Origin: an uncultured Methanomassiliicoccales archaeon
GTDB lineage: Archaea > Thermoplasmatota > Thermoplasmata > Methanomassiliicoccales > Methanomethylophilaceae
Length of the DNA stretch: 64,000 nt
Assembly: GCA_964550065.1 (NCBI GenBank)
Contig: CAZJWD010000003.1
Coordinates: 93,403-157,402, forward strand
Direction of reading: 5' to 3'
Made by a program: the position numbers and the translations under genes. Shown in pieces: positions 54,972-64,000 of the stretch; the stretch's first letter is position 1, and each line of letters opens with the position of its first letter. The notes beneath the pieces are model-generated. The model saw only the letters and a program-made list of their open reading frames with translations. It ran no database searches and was not told the origin of the DNA.

Positions 54972-56045
54972 GTGGTCATATTGATCGATGAACACAAAAC
55001 ATACGAATCGTCAGAAGAACTCGGCGAAACCCTGAAACGCAAGGAAGAAAGAGCTCAATGGATTATTTTAGGGCTGATCGTCTGCATCCTTGCGATATAT
55101 GTCGCCTGTCTGTTCATCGGACCATCGAGCATCACATACAAACAAGTGATTGACTCGCTCACGGGAAACGGGACCTGGGGTTCGGATTACATCGTCTTCC
55201 AACTGAGGATGTCCAGGACGGCATGCGCCGCACTGGTCGGTGCAGGTCTTTCCGTAGCAGGAATGGCCATGCAGGCGATGTTCAGGAACCCCATGGCATC
55301 TCCGTCAATACTCGGACTGTCATCCGGTGCCTCGTTCGGAGCCAGCATCGCCATAGCCTTCGGTCTCGGGGGATTCATCGGAACGTTCTCCGTACCCTTC
55401 ATGGCGTTCGTGTTCTGCTTCATAACGATGATCCTCGTCTACGGCCTGGCGATGACCCGTCATGGAACCCCCACCATCCTTCTCCTGCTGTCAGGTGTCG
55501 CGGTGGGGGCGTTCTTCAGCGGATTGACCTCTTTCATACAGTACATCGTCGAACCCGACATCCTTCAAGGAGTCGTCTATTGGACCATGGGCAGTTTCAA
55601 CCGCTGCACATGGGACTCGTTCATCATAGGTCTGATCGTGATCGGCGCAGGCATAGCCATGATTTGCCTCTGCATCCGCGAACTGAACCTGATCTCACTC
55701 GGCGAAGATCAAGCCGAATCCCTGGGAGTCAACATCAGACGCACCAGGGTACTGCTGCTGATCGGAACCGCCCTAACGGTGGGAGGATCGGTCGCGATAT
55801 CTGGAGTGATTGGATTTGTCGGACTGATCATACCACACATGTGCCGTGCGATGGGCGGACCCAACCACACATTGCTGACACCCCTGTGCATACTAACAGG
55901 AGCGATATTCATGATGCTCATGGATGCCGTTGCGAAGAGCATAGCATTCACCGGCGAACTCCCTGTGGGGATACTGACTTCTCTTCTTGGAGCACCGTTC
56001 TTCGTGTACATCATGAGGAAGAAAAAGAACGAACTCTGGGGATGA
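54972..56045 (+). CDS. FecCD/BtuC-family ABC importer permease
   Basis: ...RMSRTACAALVGAGLSVAGMAMQAMFRNPMASPSILGLSSGASFG..., ...GVIGFVGLIIPHMCRA... Confidence 0.85.
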   Translation: MVILIDEHKTYESSEELGETLKRKEERAQWIILGLIVCILAIYVACLFIGPSSITYKQVIDSLTGNGTWGSDYIVFQLRMSRTACAALVGAGLSVAGMAMQAMFRNPMASPSILGLSSGASFGASIAIAFGLGGFIGTFSVPFMAFVFCFITMILVYGLAMTRHGTPTILLLLSGVAVGAFFSGLTSFIQYIVEPDILQGVVYWTMGSFNRCTWDSFIIGLIVIGAGIAMICLCIRELNLISLGEDQAESLGVNIRRTRVLLLIGTALTVGGSVAISGVIGFVGLIIPHMCRAMGGPNHTLLTPLCILTGAIFMMLMDAVAKSIAFTGELPVGILTSLLGAPFFVYIMRKKKNELWG

Positions 56046-56049
56046 GAAT

Positions 56050-56865
56050 CTGATCCTGAACATCAACGAAGTTTGTTTCAGCTACGAATCGGCGGATATC
56101 CTCAATGATATCACGTTCCAGGCACATGAAGGCAAGATACTCGGCATAATAGGTCAGAACGGATGCGGGAAGACAACCCTGTTGAAGTGCATCGACAGGA
56201 TGCTGAAAGCCAGCGGGGGGTCGATAATGGTCGACGACCCCGACTCGGACATATTCGACAAGACTCGCTCCGAGCCTCCGGATTCCATCGATGTCAGGGA
56301 CCTCAGCCGTAAGGAGATGGCACGTTGCATCGCCGTGGTCTCCCAGAGCGCATTCATCTCGTTCCCTTACACCTCATATGACGCCGTGAAGATGGGACGC
56401 TATGCCCGCGGAGATAAAACGTGGGCGGAGATGAACAAGAACGTCTACAACGCCATGCAGGAAGCGGGCGCCTTGGAATTCGCCGAACGTCCCGTGAATG
56501 AGTTGAGCGGCGGAGAACTTAGAAGAGTCATGATAGCGCGTGCGCTCGCACAGGAGCCGAGCGTCCTCCTTCTGGATGAGCCCACCCTGCATCTGGACAT
56601 AAACCATCAGTTCGATTTGATGAATCTTATCACCAAGCTGAAGAACGAATCGAACATGATCATAATCATCGTCACCCATGACATGATGTTCGCGGCACGC
56701 TACTGCGACGAGATCCTGCTGATGGATAAAGGCAAGATTGTGGGTGCTGGCCCGACAAAGGATGTCCTCACAAGCGAGAATATCAAGAATATATTCCAGA
56801 TCGATGCTGTTGTGGAATATGACGATCGTGTCAAAGGCCTGAACGTCGTCATGATCGGCAAATGA
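56050..56865 (+). CDS. ABC importer ATP-binding protein (FepC/BtuD-like), 5' end anomalous
   Basis: Walker A GQNGCGKTTL, signature LSGGELRR, Walker B LLLDEPTLHLD. There is no in-frame ATG/GTG/TTG upstream of Walker A. CTG at 56050 is listed only as a placeholder start. Confidence 0.7.
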   Translation: MILNINEVCFSYESADILNDITFQAHEGKILGIIGQNGCGKTTLLKCIDRMLKASGGSIMVDDPDSDIFDKTRSEPPDSIDVRDLSRKEMARCIAVVSQSAFISFPYTSYDAVKMGRYARGDKTWAEMNKNVYNAMQEAGALEFAERPVNELSGGELRRVMIARALAQEPSVLLLDEPTLHLDINHQFDLMNLITKLKNESNMIIIIVTHDMMFAARYCDEILLMDKGKIVGAGPTKDVLTSENIKNIFQIDAVVEYDDRVKGLNVVMIGK

Positions 56866-56904
56866 CCGCATCAACTCTTTATCGAAAGAACCGTTCGACA
56901 TTGC

Positions 56905-57519
56905 ATGCTCGGCAAGAGGATTCTGATTGACAAGGAGAAGTGCGACGGGTGCGGACTCTGCGTGACAGCCTGCCACGAGGGCGTCATCGAACTCATCTTC
57001 GGCAAGGCCGAAGTGGTTAGGGAGAGCGCCTGCGACGGCATGGGCGACTGCCTTCCCGCATGTCCGAGAGATGCCATCTCATTTTCCGAAGAGCCGTCGG
57101 ATTCCATCCCCGTCGCCGGATCGGAGCCCCAGCCGCTGTGCCCCATGGCCAACCCAGGATACCAATGGCCGATCCAGCTGTCACTCGTCCCCATCAGGTC
57201 CCAGTTCTTCGGGGACACCCTCATCGTGGCCGCCGACTGCACCGCGTTCTCCGTGGACGGGTTCCGTGAGAGGTTCATCGGATCCAACCCCGTCCTCATC
57301 GGTTGTCCCAAGTTGGACGACCGCGCGGGATTCGACAAGCTGCCGGAGATACTCCGTCAGAACCCCGTGAAAAGGATCAAGGTCATCCGGATGGAAGTCC
57401 CGTGCTGCGGTGCCCTGACGAGGATCCTGAGATCGGCAGTGGAATCGTCCGGAAAAGACATCGAAATCTCCGAGACAGTTCTGTCCAGAAGCGGTTCCGT
57501 CATCCAATGGCCGCTCTGA
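56905..57519 (+). CDS. 4Fe-4S dicluster-domain protein with Cys-rich C-terminal domain
   Basis: CDGCGLCVTAC and CDGMGDCLPACP motifs, with a further CPKLDD...VPCCG downstream. Confidence 0.7.
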   Translation: MLGKRILIDKEKCDGCGLCVTACHEGVIELIFGKAEVVRESACDGMGDCLPACPRDAISFSEEPSDSIPVAGSEPQPLCPMANPGYQWPIQLSLVPIRSQFFGDTLIVAADCTAFSVDGFRERFIGSNPVLIGCPKLDDRAGFDKLPEILRQNPVKRIKVIRMEVPCCGALTRILRSAVESSGKDIEISETVLSRSGSVIQWPL

Positions 57520-59389
57520 CGGAGTCCGCGAGCCTGTCGGCATCCAGGTCCTCCAGCCTCAGGTAGGTTCCCCCGAGGCCCTTGGCGAGATTCTCGGCGT
57601 TGTCGAACCTTATGTACCCCGTGCTGGCGTCTATGACTATCCACCTCACCTGCGGGACAGATATCCCCTCGGCGAGCCTCCTGACCTCCTCGTTGGCATC
57701 GGCACCGTCTTTCATAGGAACGTTGGCCCTCCCGTCCGTGATGATAACCACATAGCATGACTCCCCCTGATGCGACCTGGAGTAGGATGTCATGTACTCG
57801 GAGACTGTCACAAGCGCCTCCCCGAGAGGGGTCTTCCCTCCCGTGGGCATTGTCTCCAGCATCCTGTAGCTGTACTCGACGGACTTGGTTGGCGGCAGGA
57901 TCATCTCGGCCGAATCCCTGCGGAACGCCATCAGACCTATCCTGTCCCTGCGGACATAGCTGTCGCGAAGCATTGACAGGACTGCCCCCTTCACGGTGGC
58001 CATCCTCCTGCGGACGCCCAGCGAACCGCTGGCATCCACCAGGAACAGTATCGTGCATCCGGACCTGCGCTCCCTCACCTTCCTGCGTATGTCCTGCTTC
58101 TCTATCGCCACGGCCATGCCGTCCCTGGATCTGGAGACCTGGTACGGCGCGGCGGCACGGACTGTGGCGTCGAACGCCACGTCAGAGACCCTGCCCTCCG
58201 GGATGCGGGACCTGACGTACCTGCCGGTGGAATCCCTGCTCTCGGCCATGGCCCTCCTGCCCTTGCGGCTGGATGTCGTGCAGATCGTCCTCCGTCCGTC
58301 ATCCAGATAGTCTATGACCCTGAACTGGTCTCCGATCTCGAACACCATCTCCTCCAGCATCTTGGAGAAATCCTCGTCAGGAGGAAGGTCCGGCATGTCC
58401 GGAGGAGGTCCGTCATCAGGACCGTCGTCCGAGGGCGTGTCCCTGTCATCGTCGTTGCGTTCCCGCTGTTCGGGAGACGTGTCGTCATGATCCTGCTGCT
58501 GGGGCTCCGGGGGCTGCTGCTGGGGCGGCTCTGGTGCGTAGTTCCTGCGATGTGCCAGACATATCATGGCGGCCTCCTCCACATCCTTCCTCATGACCTC
58601 GTCGCGACCGTTGATGGCCGCTATGGCACAGGAGGTGTTCACCATCGCTATGTCCCCGCGGAAACCGTCGGCGGCCACTTTGGCCGACAGCTCCACCGCC
58701 ACCCCCAGGAGGTCATCGGAGATCGTCACAAGAGGGAGGATGTCCGAAGCCCTCGCGATCTTCGCCCGGATATCCTCATCGTCAGGGGAGTGCCTCGAGA
58801 CGAAACCCGCGGGATCGTCTGCGAATTCGGCGTTCCTACGGAGGACCTCCTCCCTCTGACCCTCGTCCCCGTTCGGGAAATCTGAATAGGCGCAGAGGTC
58901 GAATCTGTCCAGCACATGACCGCTGATGTCGGAGTCCCCGGGGTTCATCGTCGCCACAAGGGTGCATTCGCACGGGAACTCCGCCGAGACCCCCTCCCTC
59001 TCCAGGATGACCCTTCCGGACAGAACGCAGTCCAGGACCGATGACAGGAGCCTCTGGTCCATCAGATTGACATCGTCCAGATAGAGGATCGCCCCGTCAT
59101 CCCTCGCCAACAATCCCTTGCGGACCGCCGGCCTGCCCTCGCGTATGGTGGCCTCCACGTCCATGCCGCCGAAGAGGCGCTCCTCGTCGGCGTTCATCGG
59201 GATGTTGATGACATGCTTGCCCAGAACATCCCCTGCGGACCTCGCCAGGACGGTCTTGGCGGACCCCGGGCCTCCCCTGATGAGGACCGTACGTATGCTG
59301 GGGTGCAGACCGGCGCACATCAGCGCACGTTTGGCATCGTCCATGCCGAGGACGGCTGAGAACGGGAAGCTCAGAGGTCCCCCAGACAT
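57500..59389 (-). CDS. Chelatase D-like subunit (AAA+ module, acidic/Pro linker, VWA domain)
   Basis: FPFSAVLGMDDAKRAL, GGPGSAKT. Pro/Asp-rich linker PEPPQQQPPEPQQQDHDD. VWA MIDAS motif LFLVDASGS. Confidence 0.85.
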   Translation of the reverse strand: MSGGPLSFPFSAVLGMDDAKRALMCAGLHPSIRTVLIRGGPGSAKTVLARSAGDVLGKHVINIPMNADEERLFGGMDVEATIREGRPAVRKGLLARDDGAILYLDDVNLMDQRLLSSVLDCVLSGRVILEREGVSAEFPCECTLVATMNPGDSDISGHVLDRFDLCAYSDFPNGDEGQREEVLRRNAEFADDPAGFVSRHSPDDEDIRAKIARASDILPLVTISDDLLGVAVELSAKVAADGFRGDIAMVNTSCAIAAINGRDEVMRKDVEEAAMICLAHRRNYAPEPPQQQPPEPQQQDHDDTSPEQRERNDDDRDTPSDDGPDDGPPPDMPDLPPDEDFSKMLEEMVFEIGDQFRVIDYLDDGRRTICTTSSRKGRRAMAESRDSTGRYVRSRIPEGRVSDVAFDATVRAAAPYQVSRSRDGMAVAIEKQDIRRKVRERRSGCTILFLVDASGSLGVRRRMATVKGAVLSMLRDSYVRRDRIGLMAFRRDSAEMILPPTKSVEYSYRMLETMPTGGKTPLGEALVTVSEYMTSYSRSHQGESCYVVIITDGRANVPMKDGADANEEVRRLAEGISVPQVRWIVIDASTGYIRFDNAENLAKGLGGTYLRLEDLDADRLADSVRAAIG

Positions 59390-60396
59390 CTGTCCAGCTC
59401 CGATGTGTCGAAAGCCTGCTCCTCGAACGGGCGTCTCCTCATACGGTGGGAGAGCACCAGGGCCGCGACCGCACGGATATCATCCTTGGTGACGGAATCA
59501 CGACCGTCCAGCGCCGCGTTAGCCTTCGCGGCCTTCATCATCGTGATGTCGGCACGGTGTCCGTCTATCCCGAAAGTGGTTGTGGTTTTCACAACCACTT
59601 CGAGGATGGCATCGTCGATCCTGACCTTGGGGAGCAGGGCGATGGCATCGGAGATGCGTTTCCGGAGCGCCTCGGTCTCCCCCACGACGGATTCCGTGTA
59701 ACCTGCGTTGTCCGAATCGAAGGCCAATCTCCTCCTGACCACCTCCATCCTGGATGCCGTGTCCCTGTCCCCCTTGACATCGACGGACAGACCGAACCTG
59801 TCCAGGAGCTGGGGCCTCAGGTCACCCTCCTCGGGATTCATGGTCCCCACGAGGACGAACCTGGAAGGATGGGAGAATGAGACCCCCTCCCTCTCGACGT
59901 AGTTGACACCCATGGCCGCGGAGTCCAGGAGAAGATCCACGATGTGGTCGTCCAGAAGGTTGACCTCGTCCACATAGAGGAGGTTGCCGTTGGCCTGAGC
60001 CAGAACCCCAGGCTCGAACCTCTTCTCCCCTGTCTTCAGGACATGTTCTATGTCCAGAGTACCGGCCACGCGGTCTTCGGTGGCACTCAGAGGAAGCTCG
60101 ACCACCCTCATGGGTTCGTCGGAACCCTGGAGCTGCTCTCCGCGGGCAAGCCTTGCGGCACAATCGGGACACAGCCTGCCGGGATCGGAGGGATTGCAGT
60201 TGAACCTGCACCCCGAGACGGTGAGCCTCAAGGGCAGGATCTGCGCAAGAGACCTCACGGCGGTGGATTTGGCCGTCCCCTTCTCGCCCTTGATCAGGGC
60301 TCCGCCGATGCCGGGGTCGACGATGTTCAGCAACAGGGCCTTCTTCATATCGTCCTGTCCGACGATTGACACGAAAGGAAACAGGGGCTTTTCCAT
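59371..60396 (-). CDS. Chelatase I-like AAA+ ATPase subunit
   Basis: FPFVSIVGQDDMKKALLLNIVDPGIGGALIKGEKGTAKST, LLYVDEVNLLDDHIVD, VLVGTMNPEEG. Internal ATG at 60396. Confidence 0.9.
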   Translation of the reverse strand: MEKPLFPFVSIVGQDDMKKALLLNIVDPGIGGALIKGEKGTAKSTAVRSLAQILPLRLTVSGCRFNCNPSDPGRLCPDCAARLARGEQLQGSDEPMRVVELPLSATEDRVAGTLDIEHVLKTGEKRFEPGVLAQANGNLLYVDEVNLLDDHIVDLLLDSAAMGVNYVEREGVSFSHPSRFVLVGTMNPEEGDLRPQLLDRFGLSVDVKGDRDTASRMEVVRRRLAFDSDNAGYTESVVGETEALRKRISDAIALLPKVRIDDAILEVVVKTTTTFGIDGHRADITMMKAAKANAALDGRDSVTKDDIRAVAALVLSHRMRRRPFEEQAFDTSELDRCLGDL

Positions 60397-60541
60397 GAGC
60401 GCACTTCCGATTGAATGGATGATATATCCAATATCTAGTAAATAAGCACCACAGACATCCAACGGAGACACTAAGCCAGCAACACTTAGATTCTTAAGAT
60501 TCCGTTGAAATACAACTGGAGCAATATTCCAATCGGATACT

Positions 60542-63500
60542 ATGAAAATCGTCTATGTCTCGATCCAGAGCACCGATGCATCCAGCATGAGGGCTCCCCT
60601 TGAGAAGCTAGCATCGGAGACAGGATGGAGGATCGACCTGTACTGCGCCAACGCCTCCGACATAGACTCCGACCCCCTGATCTACCACGAACTCTGCCTC
60701 AGGTCCAAGGAGGCCGACCTGGTGCTTATAAGATGCATGGCCGACCCCACGAGGATGTCAAGGTTCCAGCAGTACGAGAAGGTCCTCAGGGAATGCCCCG
60801 GATACGTCATGGTCTACTCGGGGAACATGGAGGTCAGCCTCCTCTACAGGGACCTGTTCAAGGGCGATGACGGGGAGTACATACGCCTCAGAGAGTACGT
60901 CCGTGGCAGGGGTGCCGAGAACGACAGGGGCATAGCCCTGTGGCTGAACAGAGCGGTCACCGGCGAAGGGGATCTCCCCGAGGTGGCAATACAGAGGGAG
61001 AACGGCATCCATCATCCTGACTGCGACCGCGACATCACGTTCGAGGAGTATGTGAAACGCCTGGATCCCTCCAAACCAACGGTCGGACTCCTGTACACAT
61101 CCAACCTGTGGATCTACGACAACCAGGACCACATAGACGCGTTCATAAAGGCACTGGAATCCAGAGGCCTGAACGTCATCCCCGTGTTCTTCAGCTCCAT
61201 AATCCGCTCCGACCCGGAGAACGAAGGTACCGTCGCCGTGGTGAAAAGGTACTTCATGGACGACGAGAGGCCCAGAGTTGATTCCCTGGTCATGGCCACA
61301 CCGTTCTCCCAGCTGAACAACTCCCGTGAGTGCTCGGGAATATACACCCCCGACGAGCAGAACTTCTATCACATGCTCACAGACGTGCCGGTGATCCAGG
61401 CGATGTCTGTGGCATCCCACTACCCAGACTACGAGGAGAGCGCATCCGGACTCTCCAAGGGCGACTTCAACATGAGCGTCATATGGCCGGAGGTGGACGG
61501 GCAGATCATCACCGTCCCGATCGGAAGCAACGAGTCCGGAGGCGGAGGAATGAAGAGATACACCCCTCTGCAGGACAGGATCGAACATCTGGCCGATGTT
61601 GTCAAAGGGTGGTCGGTGCTCTCCCACACACCAAGGTCCGAAAGGAGGATCGCCGTCCTCATGTACCAATCCCGGCCCGACTCCGGGAGGATAGGGAACG
61701 CCGCCGGTCTCGACACCATCCAGAGCGTCAGGGACATGTTGGAACGTTTCGACTCCGAGGGATACTCCGTGGACCATGTCCCGGAAACCTCAAGGGAGCT
61801 CATCGACGAGATACTGGACAACATCACCAACGACCTGGAATGGTCCTCCCCCGAGAGGATCAGGGAGAAGGCCGCGGACATGATCCCCGTCAGGGACTAC
61901 CTCGAGACCTACGACGCCCTGTCCGGATTCAACAGGGCCAGGATGGAGGAGTCCTGGGGTAAACCTCCCGGGAAGGTATGCGTGGAGGACGGGAAGTTCG
62001 TCATACCCGGGATCAGGAACGGGAACATCTTCATCGGATACCAGCCCCTCAGGTCCTGGACCGACCAGATGGAAGCGGTGTACCACGACCCCGTGATCCC
62101 GATGCCCCATCAGTACCTGACGTTCTACAGATGGCTCAGGGACTCATTCAAAGCCAACATAGTCTTCCATATCGGAACCCATGGAACACTGGAATGGCTT
62201 CCGGGAAGAAGCCTGGCGCTGTCCGGTAAATGCTTCCCGGACATAGCCCTCGGCGGAATCCCCCATGTGTACCCCTATGTAATAGACGATCCTGGGGAGG
62301 GCATACAGGCCAAGAGGAGGTCCGAGGCCGTTCTCATAGGCCACATGTGTCCAACAATGGCCCGCGCTGGGAGCTACGACGAGCTTGCAAGGATAGACAA
62401 TCCGCTCCAGGAGTACTTCAAGGCCAGGACCGCCAAGGGGGAAAGGAAGGACGCTCTGATAAGACAGGTCATGGATGCCGTGTCCGAATCCGGTATGGCC
62501 CGGGAGATGGGCATCCCGGAGGACGTCGGACCGGAAGGGTTCGAGCCGTACCTGGAGAGGATCCACGACTACATCACCGAGATCAAGGACTCCATCGTCC
62601 GCGACGGACTCCATGTGCTCGGAAGGATTCCCAAGGGAGACCTTCTGAAGGAGAACGTATACTCGCTGACTAGGCTGAGAAACGGAGACATCCCGTCGCT
62701 GAGGCAGTCTGTGGCGGATGCCATGGGATACGACCTGGACGTCCTCCTTGACGCCACCTCCGGTTGCACGGACGGCGAACTGAACAGCACGATCATCGAC
62801 AGGATCGATGATAAGGTCCAGGGGCTGATCTCCGAGATGCACGGATTCGATTACGACCTGGAGAAATGCCTGGAATGTGCATCCCGCCTCGGCGATTCCG
62901 ACAAGATATCAAAATGCATGGGATACATCTGCGGGACCCTTGTGCCGAACCTCCGCAGGATGAGCGACGAGATGGATAACATGATGCACGCCTGCGACGG
63001 CGGATACGTGCTCCCGGGACCCTCGGGCGCCCCCACCAGAGGCAACGCAGGCATACTTCCGATGGGTCGCAACTACTACGGCATCGACCCCGACATCGTC
63101 CCGACCCCCGCCGCATGGGATGTGGGCAGGAAGATGGCCGACCGCATGATCGAGAGATACTCCGACGAGAAGGGTGCCTACCCCCGCGAAGTGGGGTTCA
63201 TCATCTGGGCCACGGACACCATGAAGACCAACGGGGACGACGTGGCATATATCCTCTGGCTCATGGGCGTCAGGCCTGTGTGGTCCGGCGCAGGAGGTCA
63301 GGTCACCGGCCTTGAGGTCATCCCCTTGGAGGAACTCGGAAGGCCCAGGATAGATGTCACCGTCAGGATCACCGGACTGTTCAGGGATGCGTTCCCGAAC
63401 CTCATAGACCTGATAGACGACGCGGTCAACCTGGTGGCCTCCTTGGACGAGTCCGACGAGGACAACTGCCTTGCGGCCAACCTGCGGAGGGACATCATAG

Positions 63501-64000
63501 AGGCCATGGCAGACGGACTGACTGTGGACGAGGCCCGCAGAAAGAGCTCCGTCAGGGTGTTCGGATGTCCGCCCGGAGGGTACGGGCCGGGAGTCAACCA
63601 CGCCATCGAGACCGGGGAATGGGAGACCGTGAAGGATCTGGCGGACATCTACATCGCCTGGGGCAGCCATGCCTACGGCAGAGGACTGTCCGGGGAGAGC
63701 ATGAGGGACGAGTTCGTCAGGAGGTTCTCCAGAGTCGGCGTCACGGTCAAGAACATGCCTGACAGGGAGATCGATGTCCTGGACATCGACGACGTCTACG
63801 GGTACCTGGGAGGCCTGAACTCGTTCGTGAAGGCCTACGGAAACCAGGATGCGATGTCATTCGTGGGGGACGGCTCCGACCCTGACAGGGTGAAGGTCAG
63901 AGACACGAAGGAGGAGCTCGGGCTGGTCTTCCGTTCCAAGGTCCTGAACCCCAAGTTCATAGACGGTCTGAAACGTCACGGCTACCGCGGAGTGGCGGAG
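60542..64000 (+). CDS. cobN: Second CobN/ChlH-family large chelatase subunit (3' end beyond window)
   Basis: Open frame from ATG 60542 to the window end; not in the ORF track because it has no stop. MKIVYVSIQSTD..., HIGTHGTLEWLPGRS, AKRRSEAVLIGH, LPMGRNYYGIDP, VLNPKFIDGLKRHGYRGVAE. Collinear with the first cobN. Confidence 0.9.
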   Translation, partial: MKIVYVSIQSTDASSMRAPLEKLASETGWRIDLYCANASDIDSDPLIYHELCLRSKEADLVLIRCMADPTRMSRFQQYEKVLRECPGYVMVYSGNMEVSLLYRDLFKGDDGEYIRLREYVRGRGAENDRGIALWLNRAVTGEGDLPEVAIQRENGIHHPDCDRDITFEEYVKRLDPSKPTVGLLYTSNLWIYDNQDHIDAFIKALESRGLNVIPVFFSSIIRSDPENEGTVAVVKRYFMDDERPRVDSLVMATPFSQLNNSRECSGIYTPDEQNFYHMLTDVPVIQAMSVASHYPDYEESASGLSKGDFNMSVIWPEVDGQIITVPIGSNESGGGGMKRYTPLQDRIEHLADVVKGWSVLSHTPRSERRIAVLMYQSRPDSGRIGNAAGLDTIQSVRDMLERFDSEGYSVDHVPETSRELIDEILDNITNDLEWSSPERIREKAADMIPVRDYLETYDALSGFNRARMEESWGKPPGKVCVEDGKFVIPGIRNGNIFIGYQPLRSWTDQMEAVYHDPVIPMPHQYLTFYRWLRDSFKANIVFHIGTHGTLEWLPGRSLALSGKCFPDIALGGIPHVYPYVIDDPGEGIQAKRRSEAVLIGHMCPTMARAGSYDELARIDNPLQEYFKARTAKGERKDALIRQVMDAVSESGMAREMGIPEDVGPEGFEPYLERIHDYITEIKDSIVRDGLHVLGRIPKGDLLKENVYSLTRLRNGDIPSLRQSVADAMGYDLDVLLDATSGCTDGELNSTIIDRIDDKVQGLISEMHGFDYDLEKCLECASRLGDSDKISKCMGYICGTLVPNLRRMSDEMDNMMHACDGGYVLPGPSGAPTRGNAGILPMGRNYYGIDPDIVPTPAAWDVGRKMADRMIERYSDEKGAYPREVGFIIWATDTMKTNGDDVAYILWLMGVRPVWSGAGGQVTGLEVIPLEELGRPRIDVTVRITGLFRDAFPNLIDLIDDAVNLVASLDESDEDNCLAANLRRDIIEAMADGLTVDEARRKSSVRVFGCPPGGYGPGVNHAIETGEWETVKDLADIYIAWGSHAYGRGLSGESMRDEFVRRFSRVGVTVKNMPDREIDVLDIDDVYGYLGGLNSFVKAYGNQDAMSFVGDGSDPDRVKVRDTKEELGLVFRSKVLNPKFIDGLKRHGYRGVAE

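Noticed and set aside
60758-61777. 339-aa - strand ORF (and 62144..62842, 62909..63670)
   Set aside because: These are antisense to the second cobN reading frame, which is collinear with the first CobN over its whole length.
1-64000. CRISPR arrays, rRNA genes, integrases/transposases, IS elements
   Set aside because: I found no regularly spaced repeat-spacer array, no rRNA-like sequence and no recombinase-like ORF on either strand. The only RNA gene supported is tRNA-Gly.

Overview
GC-rich, densely packed chromosome segment from an archaeon. The archaeal markers are CDP-archaeol synthase, geranylgeranyl reductase, Rpo11, Nob1, TruD/Pus7, type III RuBisCO, TATA-box promoters and a tRNA without encoded CCA. 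The gene content (Fpo/Nuo-like complex with no input module, FolD, many corrinoid/chelatase genes) suggests a Thermoplasmata/Methanomassiliicoccales-like methanogen, but this is inference only.

Layout:
- 1-32.3 kb, core genes: partial smc, HAD phosphatase, UDG, pyrE, an ether-lipid gene set (carS, GGR, polyprenyl synthase), an 11-subunit fpo/nuo-like operon (A-B-C-D-H-I-J1-J2-K-L-M-N), proC, a B12-radical-SAM gene with uppS, kptA, folD, a contiguous AMP phosphorylase / RuBisCO / ribose-1,5-bisphosphate isomerase operon, a short RNase III, rpoL, truD and a 1148-aa TPR protein.
- 32.3-46.5 kb, mosaic accessory/defence island with no integrase, starting just after tRNA-Gly(UCC) at 32337-32409. 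It holds an AlbA_2/Schlafen-type regulator bracketed by ~60-bp direct repeats and a decayed GLUG-type surface protein. A clearly AT-rich insert carries an orphan gene, a GHKL-ATPase/PD-(D/E)xK-nuclease fusion, a 0.77-kb non-coding stretch and a GmrSD-type enzyme. A GC-normal block carries an m5C methyltransferase, two Sau3AI/MutH-like endonucleases and vsr.
- 46.6-64 kb, chelatase/transport supercluster: two tandem ABC-2 exporter pairs behind cobN, a BtuFCD-like importer with apparent frame lesions, a 4Fe-4S protein, chlD-like and chlI-like genes, and a second, partial cobN.

The best candidate for an undescribed system is the divergent pair at 35682-38607 (orphan protein plus GHKL-ATPase/nuclease fusion).

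All product calls come from motif recognition by eye; no database search was run. Many start codons are uncertain.
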